Origin: Octopus vulgaris
Taxonomy: Eukaryota
Assembly (NCBI GenBank): GCA_951406725.2
Contig: OX597821.1
Span: 36,952,001 to 37,016,000, forward strand
DNA: 64,000 nt
Direction of reading: 5' to 3'
The notes beneath the pieces are model-generated. The model saw only the letters and a list, made by a program, of their open reading frames with translations. It ran no database searches and had not been told where the DNA came from. Below are positions 1 to 13,140 of the stretch, piece after piece (position 1 is the stretch's first letter; each line of letters starts with the position of its first letter). Both the position numbers and the translations under genes were made by a program.

Positions 1-571
1 GTTTTAAAGCAATTTGACTGATATTTCCTATTTCTAGGTCATGTGACCACTTAGATGTTCCATCGTTGGTTCGATGTTTATTGAATTAGATTTTAGAAGT
101 TAATATTTACAAATAAATTAAGAAATATAAATAGTTTCTTTTTATTTTTTGTATTAAAATCTTCAGAACTATACAAACTGGGGCAGCCATGGTGAACCAT
201 TAAATCCGGCGTGTCGAATTTTCTGGGTTTTTTTTTAAATAACCCTCTTATTAGTGTGCTTTACATTCAAGCAAATGCAAATAGATAAACGGGTTACTTA
301 AATACAGCTTGAAATTTTAAAACATGCTTCTGAATCTAAGGTGAAACTAAATATTAGTTACCTAGATTTTTTGCAAACAACTTACAAAAGCAATCGCTAC
401 CAGTTGAAAGCTCCACGTACTGCAGCACATTATGTTATGATTAAATTGTTCAAACCCTGTGAGACAGTGTAATAATCAACACGGAAAAGAAAAACAATGC
501 TTACAGTTTTATTTGCACATAGGGTCAGTATACGAAGGGGTGCTAAAAAGTTCCTGGCTTTAAAGGGTCGC
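1..571 (+). repeat. Segmental duplication; partner at 33487-34057
   Basis: Direct alignment by eye gives about 18 substitutions over ~570 bp. Confidence 0.95.
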
Positions 572-861
572 AGAAAACTCGCAAAAAAATGGATATTTTT
601 TAATGAAATCTTTTACGAATAGGCTTCAGATTATGTAGATTCCAGTTATATCAGAATGAGTTGTGAAAACATTTTTATGTGGTTGGTGAGAGGAATTTCG
701 GAAAATTCACATGAGTCGGTTTTGTTTCCTAAGAAGCTTAAGAAAAATGTTTTGGTGAATTTTTTTTTTACAAATTTTTACACTCTAATGAGTGAGTAGA
801 TTACAATTATATTGGATTTTGATATGAAAAATTAAAAAAATTGGTGGGCTCGCATACATAC

Positions 862-1150
862 ATCATCATCATCATCATCATCGTTTAACGTCCGTTCTCC
901 ATGCTAGCATGGGTTGGACGGTTCGACCGGGGATCTGGGAAGCCAGAAGGCTGCACCAGGCTCCGGTCTTATTTGGTAATGTTTCTACAGCTGGATGCCC
1001 TTCCTAACACCAACCACTCCGTGAGTGTAGTGGGTGCTTTTTATGTGCCACCTGCACTGGTGCCAGGCGAGGCTGGCATCGGCCACGGTCGGATTGGTGC
1101 ATTTTACGTGCCACATGCACGGAAGCCAGTCGAGGTGGCACTGGCTTCAG
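862..1150 (-). mobile_element. Short RTE 3'-end-derived repeat with (GAT)n tail; further copies at 46036-46137(+), 49650-49830(-), 50101-50460(-), 54116-54452(-), 56965-57195(-)
   Basis: Homologous to the RTE 3' UTR at 8640-8840 (CCCATGCTAGCATGGAAAGCGGACGTTAAACGATGATGAT-type end). Confidence 0.85.
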
Positions 1151-1859
1151 CCACATACATATTGACATATATCTCATATCTCGGCATTCTATAAGATGAA
1201 ACTTGAAATTTTGAAAAAATTATGATGCATGTCAGTATGTATGTGTGCACACTCACCATTTTCCTTTTCACATCAAATTCTGATATAATCATAATTTAGA
1301 CACTCTGTATGGTTTTTATAGAAAATTCTGTTTAAAAGTATCCATTTTTTCTGAAAGTCATGAGAAAACAAATCTGACTCTTTTGAATTTTCTGAAGCTC
1401 CTCTCCCCACTCTCCCAGAAAAATTTTCCACAACAAATTATAATATAAACGGAATCTACACTGTCTGAAGCATATTTGTAGAATATTTCGTTGAAAAATA
1501 TCCATTTTATCCATGCAGCTAAAACCTTGAACAAAGCTGCATAGAAATGTTTACCTTGGATGAATATGTACTGCAGCAGAACCAACTAAATGCACATAAC
1601 TGCTACAACCAAGGACATTAGGACACTTATGCAGCAGAATCATGTTGGATTGGAATCTAAATGTGAATTTAATGAGAATACTTTAATAAACAAATGAGAA
1701 CCCAGGTTCGAAATTTCCCCAAAACACCTAATGAAAGCTGGAAGGTATATCAGATGAAATGTGTTAACAACTAACTAGATGAGGACAAATATCAGTCAAA
1801 TGTAAATAATATAAATAACGTACATAATTCCTCATCTCTTAAATATAGAACTGTATTTG

Positions 1860-2200
1860 ATAAACAAATTTGAAAACATGGAAAGAGTCAACTACCATCC
1901 TGCTTCATAAGAAAGGTGATAAAGGAGATTTAAGAAACTATCACCCCATGTACCTCTTGTCTCACTTCCATCAGCTGTTTATGAAGCTGATAGTCAGCAA
2001 ACACCTCGACCTCCAACAGCTGAGAGAGCAAGCTGGCTTCTGTAAGAACTGTAGAATGATAGATCAAGTATTCACTCTAGCATAGTTCATAGAATGAGAG
2101 AACAAATACAAGCTTCCTCTGTGTATCACTTTTGTTGATTACTGAATGGCCTTTGATAGCGTTGAGATGAACAAATTTTGAAATCTCTTGAACAATGCGA
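1860..2200 (+). mobile_element. Degenerate non-LTR (RTE-like) RT fragment
   Basis: WKESTTILLHKKGDKGDLRNYHP...EQAGF motifs. Confidence 0.7.
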
Positions 2201-3029
2201 CAGACAAATATGTCAGTGATTATCAAATGGGTTTTCCAAACGGAAGGCCTTGCATAGAATAAATACTTACTCTTCTACGGATTAGGGAATTTCTTATAGT
2301 CAAAATTATTGATTCCAAAAAAGGTTTCGATAGTGTGCTCTACAAGTTCTTTGGGTAGAATCATTGAATTCAGAGGGGTATCATCGAAGTCTATCAATAT
2401 CATGCACTTGCTCTACTGAAAGTCTAGTTGCTGTTCAACACCAAAAATGGAAACACTGCTATGTTAGACGTTGTTAGAGAAAGTGTTAAGAGTGTATTCT
2501 GTCACTTGTTAGTAGTCATGTTCTTGGAGTATGTAACTATTACTAAAAGAAAATTATTATCAAGGCCCACACTATCAAGAAAATTCTAAAAAAAAAATTA
2601 AGTTTTGTATATTTTCTTTTATCAATATGTGGTTTTCAAGCCATTCTATTATCGAGGATTTCAACGATGGAAAAGTATTTTTAATACATTGTCGAATAGC
2701 AGTTTTTAAGACAGCAAGATGGCATTTTGCCTTTTTGTTTTTCCTCTCTCTTACTCTGCATGATGTTACTTTATACAGACACATCAGTAAAAACATTTAT
2801 CCAAATTATAAGTTTAATCCAGCATCAACCAAATTATATTGATTCCAGTATCCTCTTGTATTTGTTTGAAGTTGTTGAAGAAATTGAAAGCTTGTGAAAG
2901 TTAATTTCTATGTTGGGGCCACTGTGTTATCACAATTCATATGATGACTTGAAAGAAAAGAAATTATCATTTCCCATCACTGTAGAGCAGTAATTACATG
3001 TTAATATAAGTTATTAATACTAAAATGTA

Positions 3030-3111
<82 letters not shown>

Positions 3112-3156
3112 CATAATTCTGGGGAAGAAGCACAATCTAAAATATAGAGCAGTTAA

Positions 3157-3345
3157 TATTATAAAGGGGGTTGGTTTACAGGGTTACCCTAGGTTTCTCA
3201 CTCATAAGGGGTTTAGCCTTATGGCGTATCTTTAGATCCCAAACACTGTTGGCCTAAGACCAGCAGCATTTGGGGTCTGAAGATACATCATAAGGCTAAA
3301 CTTAGAAACCCAGGGTAGCCCCACAAACCAGCCCCCTTTATAATA
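3157..3345. repeat. Long imperfect palindrome (foldback, MITE-like)
   Basis: TATTATAAAGGGGG.TGGTTT...AAACCAGCCCCCTTTATAATA with pairing almost to the centre. Confidence 0.85.
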
Positions 3346-3734
3346 TATATATATATACATACATTATTAAGAGGAATGACCACCAAAGTGGATTCCTAAT
3401 ATACTAAAAATAGAAGTCCAATTGCCTTACCACGAAGAGTGTGTTCTCAAGAAAATTTCACCAAATGCCAGAATGTAAAAATGAGCAAGACCTATGAAAA
3501 TATACAAAATAAAACAATTACCTATGTACCTAGGTTTTGTTGCTAATATTTATGAATGTAAATAACTGCAACTCATCAGCGTAGTCTGTTGCTTACAAAA
3601 CATAATTCACAGAACATAACACAGAATGTTCACCCAAAAGGGAACATGTGTAAAGTTCTGCAATTTATATTTGTGGGTATCTTTCAATTTTCTTCATTTT
3701 GGTGTGCTCATTTCTACCCTCATTATTTAATTTA

Positions 3735-3809
<75 letters not shown>

Positions 3810-3899
3810 TAATGCAAGGTATACAGTCACGTGTTTGAACCTACAATAAGCTTTTCAATATGATTTTTTTCCAGTACATTTGACAGCCATGCAAAGTTA

Positions 3900-5273
3900 C
3901 AAAATCTGATATGCATATATAGGGTAAACTAGGGACTTTTATGTAGCTAATGATAACTGATTTCTTTATAAATGCTAACACTGTCTTTGAGTGCTTACTA
4001 TTATTCTAATTTATTTATTGAGTAAAATTAGTCAAACAGGGGACACAAAAGGAAATTAGGCTTATTTCCATTAGTATAAGAAGTTACATTATATAAGTGA
4101 CCCCAAATTTGAAATGTTAGATGGGATAGCAAGAGAAATAAGCTGTATACATGCCACATTGGTCTTAGATAATATTTAGAATTTAGAACTGTATTACAAT
4201 GTTTGGAAGAATTGTTATGAATTAAATTGTGTGCAGTGTTAATAGATTTGAGAATCAAATATAAATCTAGTTGTTATGGAGGATTTGGAATTTATATCAA
4301 CACTCTGTATATTGAATTCTTCAAAGAACCATAAGTGCTTCAGTTATGTTGTGCTCAAAACATGATTTGTGTTTTGTGCATTGAACATTTGGTTCAGTAT
4401 GTTTGTTTAAGGATGAGTCATAGCTGAGTGGCTTTTGTTAGCATGTTTGGAATTTTGTTTTGGTCAATTTTATTATGGAATCAGGGTTTGTAGTCTGCCT
4501 CTCTCTTTCTTTGTGTGTGTGTATGTGTGAGTGTGTTTCATGTTTGCATTTGTTAGATATAATTAAGAAAGGTACATATGGCCAAACTTGAACCCATAGC
4601 CTCCAGTACACAAAGTACTGTGCATACTGCATTGTACCTTTCTGAGTTATCAAAATGAGAATATAGTATAGAATATTATGATCTATGACAATTTTACCAA
4701 TGTAGTTGTACAGTACTTAAATAATATTGTTGATAGATTATGTTTTTGATTTCATTCCACCGTTAAGTTTGTACATTGTATGGTATAGTAATAAAAAAAA
4801 ATGTTAACATCTTTCAGAGAAGAGATGACAGCTGTATAACAAAGAATATAATTTTCAAAGAAATTTTGTATGTAGTCTTCACCTTTATTATTGTCTATGT
4901 GGACCCTACACCATTCCTTGAACCAGAAACAGCAAAATTTCAAAAGGGATTATACATTTCATGACTCTCAATGAATTTGAAACTCTATATAAATCATAGA
5001 ATTTACAGGAGTTTTTCATAAATTTGCTTGATTTGTCTATGTTGAGAAAAGGTTTAAATTTTGAAAAAATTTAGTTAGTTAATTGTTGAACTTATTTGCT
5101 AGCTGTCCACTTACATTTTTAGAAAGTAACTGACCATCATCTCTATAAATTCCTATATTAATAGTGTGGAATTTATTGTTAACTGAGCTAAAAGTATATA
5201 TTCCAAACAATGTTGAAAATCCTGTGAAATCTCTTATTCTTATTCTTAGATCAAAGAAATCTAAAGACATCAT
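3900..5273 (-). mobile_element. Highly degenerate Penelope-like element (RT region)
   Basis: NIGIYRDDG matches the PLE RT catalytic YRDDG motif; a decayed hammerhead lies downstream at ~3522-3584. Confidence 0.6.
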
Positions 5274-5277
5274 TTAA

Positions 5278-5496
5278 CCCTTTTGTTATTGTATTTATTT
5301 TGAGATGCTCTGTTTCTCACAATTATTTCAGATATAACAAAGAATTTAGTAAAATAACTTAGTTATCATTAAGCTAGTGTTAGGAACATTAATTATGACT
5401 AAGGTTTGGTGGAAGATTTTAATTCAAAACTTATGAAAACAAGACATTTGTACTACAGAGCCAGAGCCACTTTCAGCCGGGTTGGTAACAAAAGGG
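5278..5496. mobile_element. piggyBac-type MITE
   Basis: TTAA|CCCTTTTGTTA...TAACAAAAGGG|TTAA; a partial end also at ~62097. Confidence 0.85.
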
Positions 5497-5667
5497 TTAA
5501 GGATGAAGAGTTGAATTCCCATATCTGATATTAGTTTGAAATGCAAAAAAAAAAAAAAATCAATCCTAAAATATAGATTCAATTTTATTGAAATTATTTA
5601 TTTAGTTACAGCAGTTTTCTCATTTAAAGATAATTATTTTTCTTTAGTTTCAACAGAACAAAATATC

Positions 5668-5673
5668 TTTATT
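5668..5673 (-). promoter_or_regulatory. Candidate polyadenylation signal AATAAA of the CBR1-like gene
   Basis: AATAAA on the minus strand about 20 nt after the stop codon; the hexamer is common in AT-rich DNA. Confidence 0.45.
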
Positions 5674-5691
5674 CATTTATGTATGTCGTGT

Positions 5692-5789
5692 TTATTTCCA
5701 TTCACGGATTTGACGATCCACTACAAACTGACCACGAGGCTCTTTAACATTTGGAGGCAGTAAAGCAAGATAGACTGGTGTGTCAGCGC
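5692..5789 (-). CDS. CBR1: CBR1-like exon 8 (GADTPVYLALLPPNVKEPRGQFVVDRQIREWK*)
   Basis: TTAG acceptor; GAxTPVYLALLP motif; TAA stop; total CDS 834 nt = 277 aa. Confidence 0.95.
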
Positions 5790-5997
5790 CTAACAGAAAG
5801 ATGCGAAAAAAAGATAAAAATAATGACACAATAACACACAGAAAAAGATAAAATAACACAGGTAATAAGTATGTGATTAAGATGTCAGCTTTGTGATTTC
5901 AATTCCAGTGTATAGCAGTCTGTGCAAATGTATTCTGCTTTAGCTTTAGGTCACCATCCATCCATCTATCCATCCATACATCCATCCATACATACAT

Positions 5998-8840
5998 ACA
6001 TCTGGAGACTTAAAGATCCCGCAAATGGACAGAGATTTAGAGACATATTACTCGAAGCCTTTGACGAAATAGAAGGGGATATAGCTTCCCATGGTATAGA
6101 AGACAACTGGAGGTTCCTATGGGACAACCTGCTAAGGGCCACCGACCAGATCTGTGGATGGTGCAAAGTCCCCTCTCGACCCAAAATAATGTGGTGGTGG
6201 AACAATGTTGTTGACAGGGCTATTAGACAAAAGAAACATGCTTGGAAGGACTGGAAGAACGGTGGTAGCAGGGAAGTGTATCAGACTGCCAGAAGGGAAG
6301 CTAGGAGGCAGGTTTATTTAGCCAGAGGGGAAGCAGATAAAAATAAATTTGCCAATGTTCCGCACCGCAAGGACAAAAGACTGGAGGTATTTCGGTTGCA
6401 AGACAGTGTGTGAGAGAGAATCATGATGTGGTAGGAAAGAAATGTGTTCGCATGGATGATGGTTCACTTGCGCTAAATGAGGATGCAAAGAGAGAGGTCT
6501 GGCAATGCCACTATGAAAGGTTGCTGAATAAAGAATGGGAGAAAGAGAGTCTGCCGAATGTCGACCCAACAGAGGGACCAGCTATCCAAGTTGACAGTAC
6601 CTTGGTAGATAAGGCAATTAGAAGTATGAAATCAGGGAAAGCCCCAGGCCCATCAGGAATTACTGCAGAGATGCTCAAAATATCTGGCAGTGTCGGTTAT
6701 AGCCTAGTCACCCGTATAGTTAACCAGGTGATACACAATGACTGGTGTAGCAGCATAATAGTCAACTGCTACAAAGGTAAAGGTGATGCTTTAGATACAA
6801 ATAATTACAGAGGTACTAAGCTGTTGGATCAGGTAATGATGGTTACAGAGAGGGTCATAACCCAACTGATTAGGGAGAGAGTCAGCTTGGATGAAATGCA
6901 ATTTGGTTTCATGCCAGAGAAAAGCACCACTGATGCCATATTTCTGGTAAGACAGCTGCAGGAGAAGTACGTAGCCAAAGATAATCCCCTGTACCTGGCT
7001 TTTGTTGACATGGAGAAAGCCTTTGACAGGGTCCCCCGATCCCTTATCTGGTGGTCAATGAGGAAACTAGGGATAGATGAATGGTTAGTGAGAGTGGTGC
7101 AAGCCATGTACAGAGACACTGTAAGTAAGGTGAAGGTTGGCAACGAGTACACTGAAGAATTCAGGGTAGAGGTAGGGGTCCACCAAGGGTCAGTTCTCAG
7201 CCCCCTCCTATTTATCATAGTCCTCCAAGCAATAACGGAGGAATTCAAGACAGGATGCCCTTGGGAGCTCCTCTATTCTGATGACCTTGTTCTAATTGCT
7301 GAGTCACTATTAGAACTAGAGGAGAAGTTTCAGGTGTGGAAACAAGGATTAGAATCAAAGGCCTTAGAGTCAACCTAGCTAAAACCAAAGTCCTAATAAG
7401 TAGGAAGGCAGGCAAACCACAAATCCTTACAGGTAGATGGCCCTGCTCAATCTGTAGTAAAGGCGTAGGTAGAAACTCTATAAGATGTACCCAGTGTAAG
7501 GTTTGGACACATAAGAGGTGCAGTAATATCAAAGGGAGGCTAACGGGGAAGATAGTTTTGCATGTGGCAGATGCTCGGAAGCAATAAACATTGAAAATGC
7601 GCAGAGAACAACTTCTGCCACATTCCAAGGAGGAAAACTAGAAGTAGTTGATAGCTTCTGTTTCCTAGGTGACCAAGTCAGTAGCGGGGGTGGGTGCACT
7701 GAAAGTGTAGCTGCTAGAATAAGAATAGCTTGGGCAAAGTTCAGAGAGCTCTTACCTCTGCTGGTGACAAAGGGCCTCTCACTCAGAGTAAAAGGTAGAC
7801 TGTATGACACATGTGTACGAAGAGCCATGCTACATGGCAGTGAAACATGGACTGTGACTGCTGAGGACATGCATAAGCTCACAAGGAATGAAGCCAGTAT
7901 GATCCGATGGATGTGTAATGTCAGTGTGCATACTCGACAGAGTGTAAATATCTTGAGAGAAATGTTGGACCTACAAAGCATCAGATGTGGTGTGCAAGAG
8001 AGACGACTGCGCTGGTATGGTCATGTGGCAAGAATGGATGAGGACAGCTGTGTGAAAAAGTGCCACACCCTAGCGGTTGAGGGAACTTGTGGAAGAGGTA
8101 GACCCAGGAAGACTTGGGATGAATTGGGGAAACACAACCTTCGAACTTTACGCCTCACTGAGGAAATGACTAGTGACCGAGACCTTTGGAAATATGCTGT
8201 GCTTGAGAAGACCTGGCAAGCCAAATGAGACCATAATCTCGTGGCCTATGCCAGGGGCATTACCAGCCCACTTATGCGTACCTTTTCCTTCTTTGGACAC
8301 TAAAACTCTGCTTGCGAAGACCTGTTGAGGCAAGTGAAATCAAAAATCAAAATCAAATTCGAAGACTGGCATTCATGCTAGCAGGGTGCAAAGAGCACCA
8401 TACGAGAGTGACCATTGACAGAGCGGCTAACCAGCTTCCGTGCCAGTGGCACTTAAAAGGCACTACTCAAGTGTGATCGTTACCAGTGTCGCCTTAAAGA
8501 GCACCATCTGAGCATGATCGTTGCCGGTGGCACGTAAAAGACACCATTCGAACGTGATCATTACCAGCATCGCCTTACTGGCACCTGTGCCGGTGGCATG
8601 TGTAAAAGATTCGAGCAAGGTTGTTGCCAGTACCGCCTGACTGGTTCCATGCCGGTGGCATGTAAAAGCACCCACTACACTCTTGGAGTGGTTGGCATTA
8701 GGAAGGGGATCTAGCTGTAGAAACTCTGCCGGATCAAGATTGAAGCCTGGTGCAGCCATCTGGTTTGCCAGCTCTCAGTCATTTGTCCAACCCATGCTAG
8801 GATGGAAAGCGGACGTTAAACGACAATGATGATGATGATG
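5998..8840 (+). mobile_element. RTE-clade LINE, 5'-truncated and frameshifted, antisense in the last CBR intron
   Basis: Overlapping ORFs 5922-8228 with RT motifs (KAPGPSG, FVDMEKAFD, GVHQGSVLSP, YSDD), a Cys-rich insert and GRGRPRKTW; 3' UTR with internal repeats ends in (GAT)n. Confidence 0.95.
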
Positions 8841-8998
8841 AAGCCAAAATTGCGAGGATGATCCGGTTCTTGACTGAAGATAGAAAACTTCGAATGACCT
8901 GTCCTTGTTTGTTTTTTTGTATCGTCTTTCTGGATGTTTTGTTTTCCATTTGTGTATCATCTAGTTGTCTGGATGTTTTGCATCCTTGTCCCATTTTG

Positions 8999-9073
<75 letters not shown>

Positions 9074-9109
9074 CATGCACGTGAGTATGTATGATGTGTG
9101 AGTGTGTGT

Positions 9110-9140
<31 letters not shown>

Positions 9141-9614
9141 AATTGATAGAAAAAAAATATAGAGTGAACTAGCTGTGCAGAGTGGAAAATCAAACGTTTC
9201 TCAGACAGTCCTTCTTCAGAGGAAAAGTTGAAAAGAGAGAAATTAATGAGAGATGGCAGACTTTTAAATATACAATTGGAAAAAAACTCTGCTGTCTTTC
9301 ATTCATTTCTCTCCTTTCAGCTTTTCCTCTGAAGAAGAATTGTGTCTGAAACGTTAGATTTTCCTGTCCTCACGGCAAGTTCATTATACTTTTTTCATTG
9401 ACTTTACTACATAATATAAGTCTTGCTAGCACAGAAAAACACCAGCCTCATTGGAGTCTGATTGAATATATGTATGAATACCATCGTATTTGGTGGTTTA
9501 TAAGATATGAAGAAATGAAGTCTGGTGCAGGGCACTCTTGTCTAGGTAAGCTGTATACAATCACCATTGTATGTGCTCACATATATGTGTGTTTTAGTTT
9601 GTGTTTATGTAGAC

Positions 9615-9833
9615 CAGTGGTTTTCAACCTGGGTTCTGCGGAACCTTAGGGTTCCACCAGTACAGCCCAGGGGTTCCGCAAGAAGTTACAAAAATGCTAA
9701 AATCGACAGTTATTTTTAATTCTCCTGTGCAGATATGTGTGCATAAGGCAACTAAATTTTTGCACAGGGGTTCCTCGAGCCAGTGGAACGTTTCCTTGTG
9801 GCTCCACTTCAGCAAAAAGTTTGAAAAGTACTG
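9615..9833. mobile_element. hAT (Charlie-type) MITE
   Basis: CAGTGGTTTTCAAC...TTGAAAAGTACTG termini; perfect 8-bp TSD ATGTAGAC. Confidence 0.9.
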
Positions 9834-10047
9834 ATGTAGACAGTTAATGTGTATGTAGAGAGGCTTGTGTGTATAGTGGTATATGTATGTATAAGCTTAC
9901 TTGTATTGACAGCAAGTACATGTGTGTGTGTTGAATTATGGAGGCTTTCATATTTGATTTGTGTGACAGAGAAGAGCAGAGGTGTGGGGTTAGAAAATCT
10001 AAAATGTTTAATTTTAGGTGATCAAAGACTTAGATGGAGATTTTTAC

Positions 10048-10111
10048 CTTCCTCAATAGTTCTGGTTCCTAGGTAACGAGTCATATCAGTGGCAACATAA
10101 CCAGGACAGCA
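10048..10111 (-). CDS. CBR1: CBR1-like exon 7 (CCPGYVATDMTRYLGTRTIEE)
   Basis: TTTTTTAG acceptor, GTAAAA donor; CCPGxVxTDM motif; 64 nt, phase 0 to 1. Confidence 0.93.
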
Positions 10112-10509
10112 CTAAAAAAAGAAAAGGTAAATTATTAATGACAAATCATCATCATCATCATTATCATCATTATTATTATTATATTTCATGTGAGGGTGCA
10201 TGGCTTAGTGGTTAGGGTGTTACACTCACAATTGCTAAGTTGTGATTTCAATTCCTAGACTGGATTGAGCATTGTGTTCTTGAACAAAAACATTTCATCT
10301 CACTTTGCTCTGCAATCACTTCGACACCTGATGCATGGTACACTGTGCACCTGTTCAGATAATGTCGATTTGATGAAGAGTGTGAGCTAATGTATGGCAC
10401 ATACATTTTATCACTATAAACAAACTATTTGTGTAGGTTGTTCTGTAAAAGCTGAACACTCATACATCGTCTTCGGCAGGAAAGTCTGTTATTATTATCA
10501 ACATCACTG

Positions 10510-10700
10510 AGGCGGCGTGCTGGAAGAATAGTTAGCATGCTACTCAGGTGCATGTCATCTGTTTTTACATAGAGTTCAAATCTGCCGAGGTCAACTTTGC
10601 CTGTCATCCTTTCAGGGTTGATAAGTACTGGTTGTGCACTACTGTTGACTAACCCCAACCCTAAAAATTTCAAGCCTTATGTTTATGGTAGAAAAGATTA
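10510..10700 (+). mobile_element. tRNA-derived SINE, third type; copies at 21360-21575(-), 21590-21740(-), 26880-27310(-, two), 62824-63010(+)
   Basis: GGCGGCG.GCTGG.AGAAT.GTTAGCA...GAGTTCAAAT...GGTCAACTTTGCC..TCATCCTTT core repeated in the window. Confidence 0.8.
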
Positions 10701-12399
10701 TCATTATCATTAAAATTGAGAATTGAAAGGATCATTAGCACACCTGACAAAGTCCTTAGCAGCATTTTGAGTTCAAATGGTTTCCCTTGCAGCAAACTTA
10801 GACTATGTTATTATCATCATTAGAATGATTGATAGTATCTGAAATTAGCAAATTTTGAAAAAAGTGTATTTTATGACTACTTATGTACATTATCTTATAT
10901 ATACTTATTAATTATCATGACACAACTTCTACTAGAAGTAGTTTTGTTTTGCTGGGCCCAATAATGCAGGCACATTTGTCTGGAGTTGTGTTGTGCACTT
11001 ACTAACATGCTCAGAATAAGTCATTAAAGTAATGCCATCTCATTCCTGTATTAAACATTACAAGATTGAGTCATGAGTATATTCATCTATAACATGTTCT
11101 AGCAGGTTTGAATGTGAATATGCAAATTACTGTTGTATTTTGCTTTCAGAGGACTTCATATTTGAAATAATGTGTTGCCATCACATAATTCCGTGACCTA
11201 GGGGGACTTTGAGATACCTGTATCTCAATCTGGTTGTATCTCTTCAGTCAAAGTTGACACAGCATCACTGAATCTAAGTAAGAATTGTCATCTTTGTTCA
11301 TACAGTTCAGCTAAGAAATAATTTGCTGATGTGTGTTGATGTCTGCCAAATCAACATGAAATTAACACAAATACATAAAACAGCAAAAATTAAAAGAAAT
11401 TTTATGAGTGTATTCATTCTTAACACATTTCTATCAAACACTTTTGAAATTGGTAACCAAGAATCAATATTTTGTTGTGAATTAGGTTAAAAGAAAGGTA
11501 TATACAATTGAGTCAGTTAAACCAAAAATCTTGAACTTTTTTCTAAAGTACCAAGCATTACTAAAATCTGTGAAAAATAGAAACAAATGTGTCATCGTTT
11601 CAAACAAAGTGTAATGTGTTTAAAAACAATGCAACAAAAGATTTATTTGACATTTCCTGTTGCAAGTGTGACTCCTTAAAAAGCTGCAGTTGTAGCAGAG
11701 ACAAAAAGGTACCACAGAGAGAACAATATTTTCTACAGGAATAATGGATAAATCAGAAAATGATCATTGGCAGAATAGATCAAGCAGTATCTAAACAGAA
11801 CATTCAGAGGTTGATTAGAAAGAATTGGCCAGATCACAGTCACCCTTATACTTCAGCAAAGGAAAGTTTAAGATTTTTGGTTAAACTGATTCACTCGTAA
11901 CACAAAGGATGGATACTTTTTACCAAAGAAGAATTATCTTTTCTACTACAATTTTGACAATTCGTTTAATTTATTTTAATGTGTGTAATTTAGACCTCAT
12001 GTAACACATATAGTCAGTGACCTAGTATTAAAAATAATAAAGAAAACAGAGTTGAAAAGTCTATTTCACATAATTTCGAAATTCCAAATGCATTGTGGAA
12101 CCTGAAGATATAAATTTTAAAGCTTGTTTTTAAAGGATTTTGCAAAAGAAAATCAATTCATAACAATGAATGTAAAAAATAAAATGAGGAATGGCAAATG
12201 TTTTATAAATTGATTTTTCATTCAATACTCAAAATTTCAACTGTGCTGCAGAGCATGAAGATATAAATTTAAGAACTTCAGATTTTAACACAGTTGTTTT
12301 TAAAGGATTTTGCAATAAAAAATATATTCTTGAAAACATATTTCGAAAATCTGTGTAAAAAGTACATTTTTTTGCTCCACCCTAGTGTGCACTTGACAA

Positions 12400-13140
12400 G
12401 ACATGATCAGTTGATGCAGCAGCTAGTTGAGCTGCATTGTGTAATTCTGCAGTTTTTAGTTCTGTTCACTTACGATGTTCTCACATTACAGACAGTCTTA
12501 CAGTGTCAGCGACAGCAGTGTACATTATCAGTTTATCGTTATGGGAGGTGAAGACATTTTTGTTCAACCTGAGGATGAGGGGCCTGTTGAGGATGGCTGT
12601 GGGTCAGGCAGAGGTTGCTCAGGTTGAGAGCCAGGAGTCTCAAAACCTGTGGCCCCCTCCTGGAGGACTACTTTGTCTTTATGTCAAGGGATAAGAGGAA
12701 TGCTAAAATCTTGTTCTTTCTGTGTGTCACATGCCAGCCCAAGGAGATCACTACCAAGGGACAAGCAGCAAGCCTCTATAACTTGAAAACCCAGCACATA
12801 CTATCCAATTTGAGAAGATGAAGGCCAGCTCTTCCTGTGGGAAACATGGGCAATCTTTTGGTAGCAGTGCCAGTAACCAGTCATTGCAGCCATGTGCAAA
12901 GAAAGCAGGCCAGCTCAGCATTGGTGAAGCATTTTTACTCAAAGTGCTGGCACTGGGATTTGTCAGTCTATGGTGGACAGAAGGATTGTTGACAACATGT
13001 TACTGCTGCATGTAGTAGAGTCCCCCAATTTTGTTGGCCTGATGAAGATACTGAACGCCAGCAAGACATCAATGTCCTGCCACACCCTGCACAGGATGAT
13101 CCTGGCCAGCCATAAACAGCTGGAGGAGTCTCTTGCAAGG
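12400..13140 (+). mobile_element. hAT transposase 5' fragment (BED zinc finger)
   Basis: EDYFVF...CVTCQPKEI...SLYNLKTQH BED finger plus NMLxLHVVESP-type motif; frameshifted. Confidence 0.8.

Noticed and set aside
9398-9549. Possible plus-strand exon ending in CTAG|GTAAG inside CBR intron 7
   Set aside because: No recognisable protein similarity and no partner exons found
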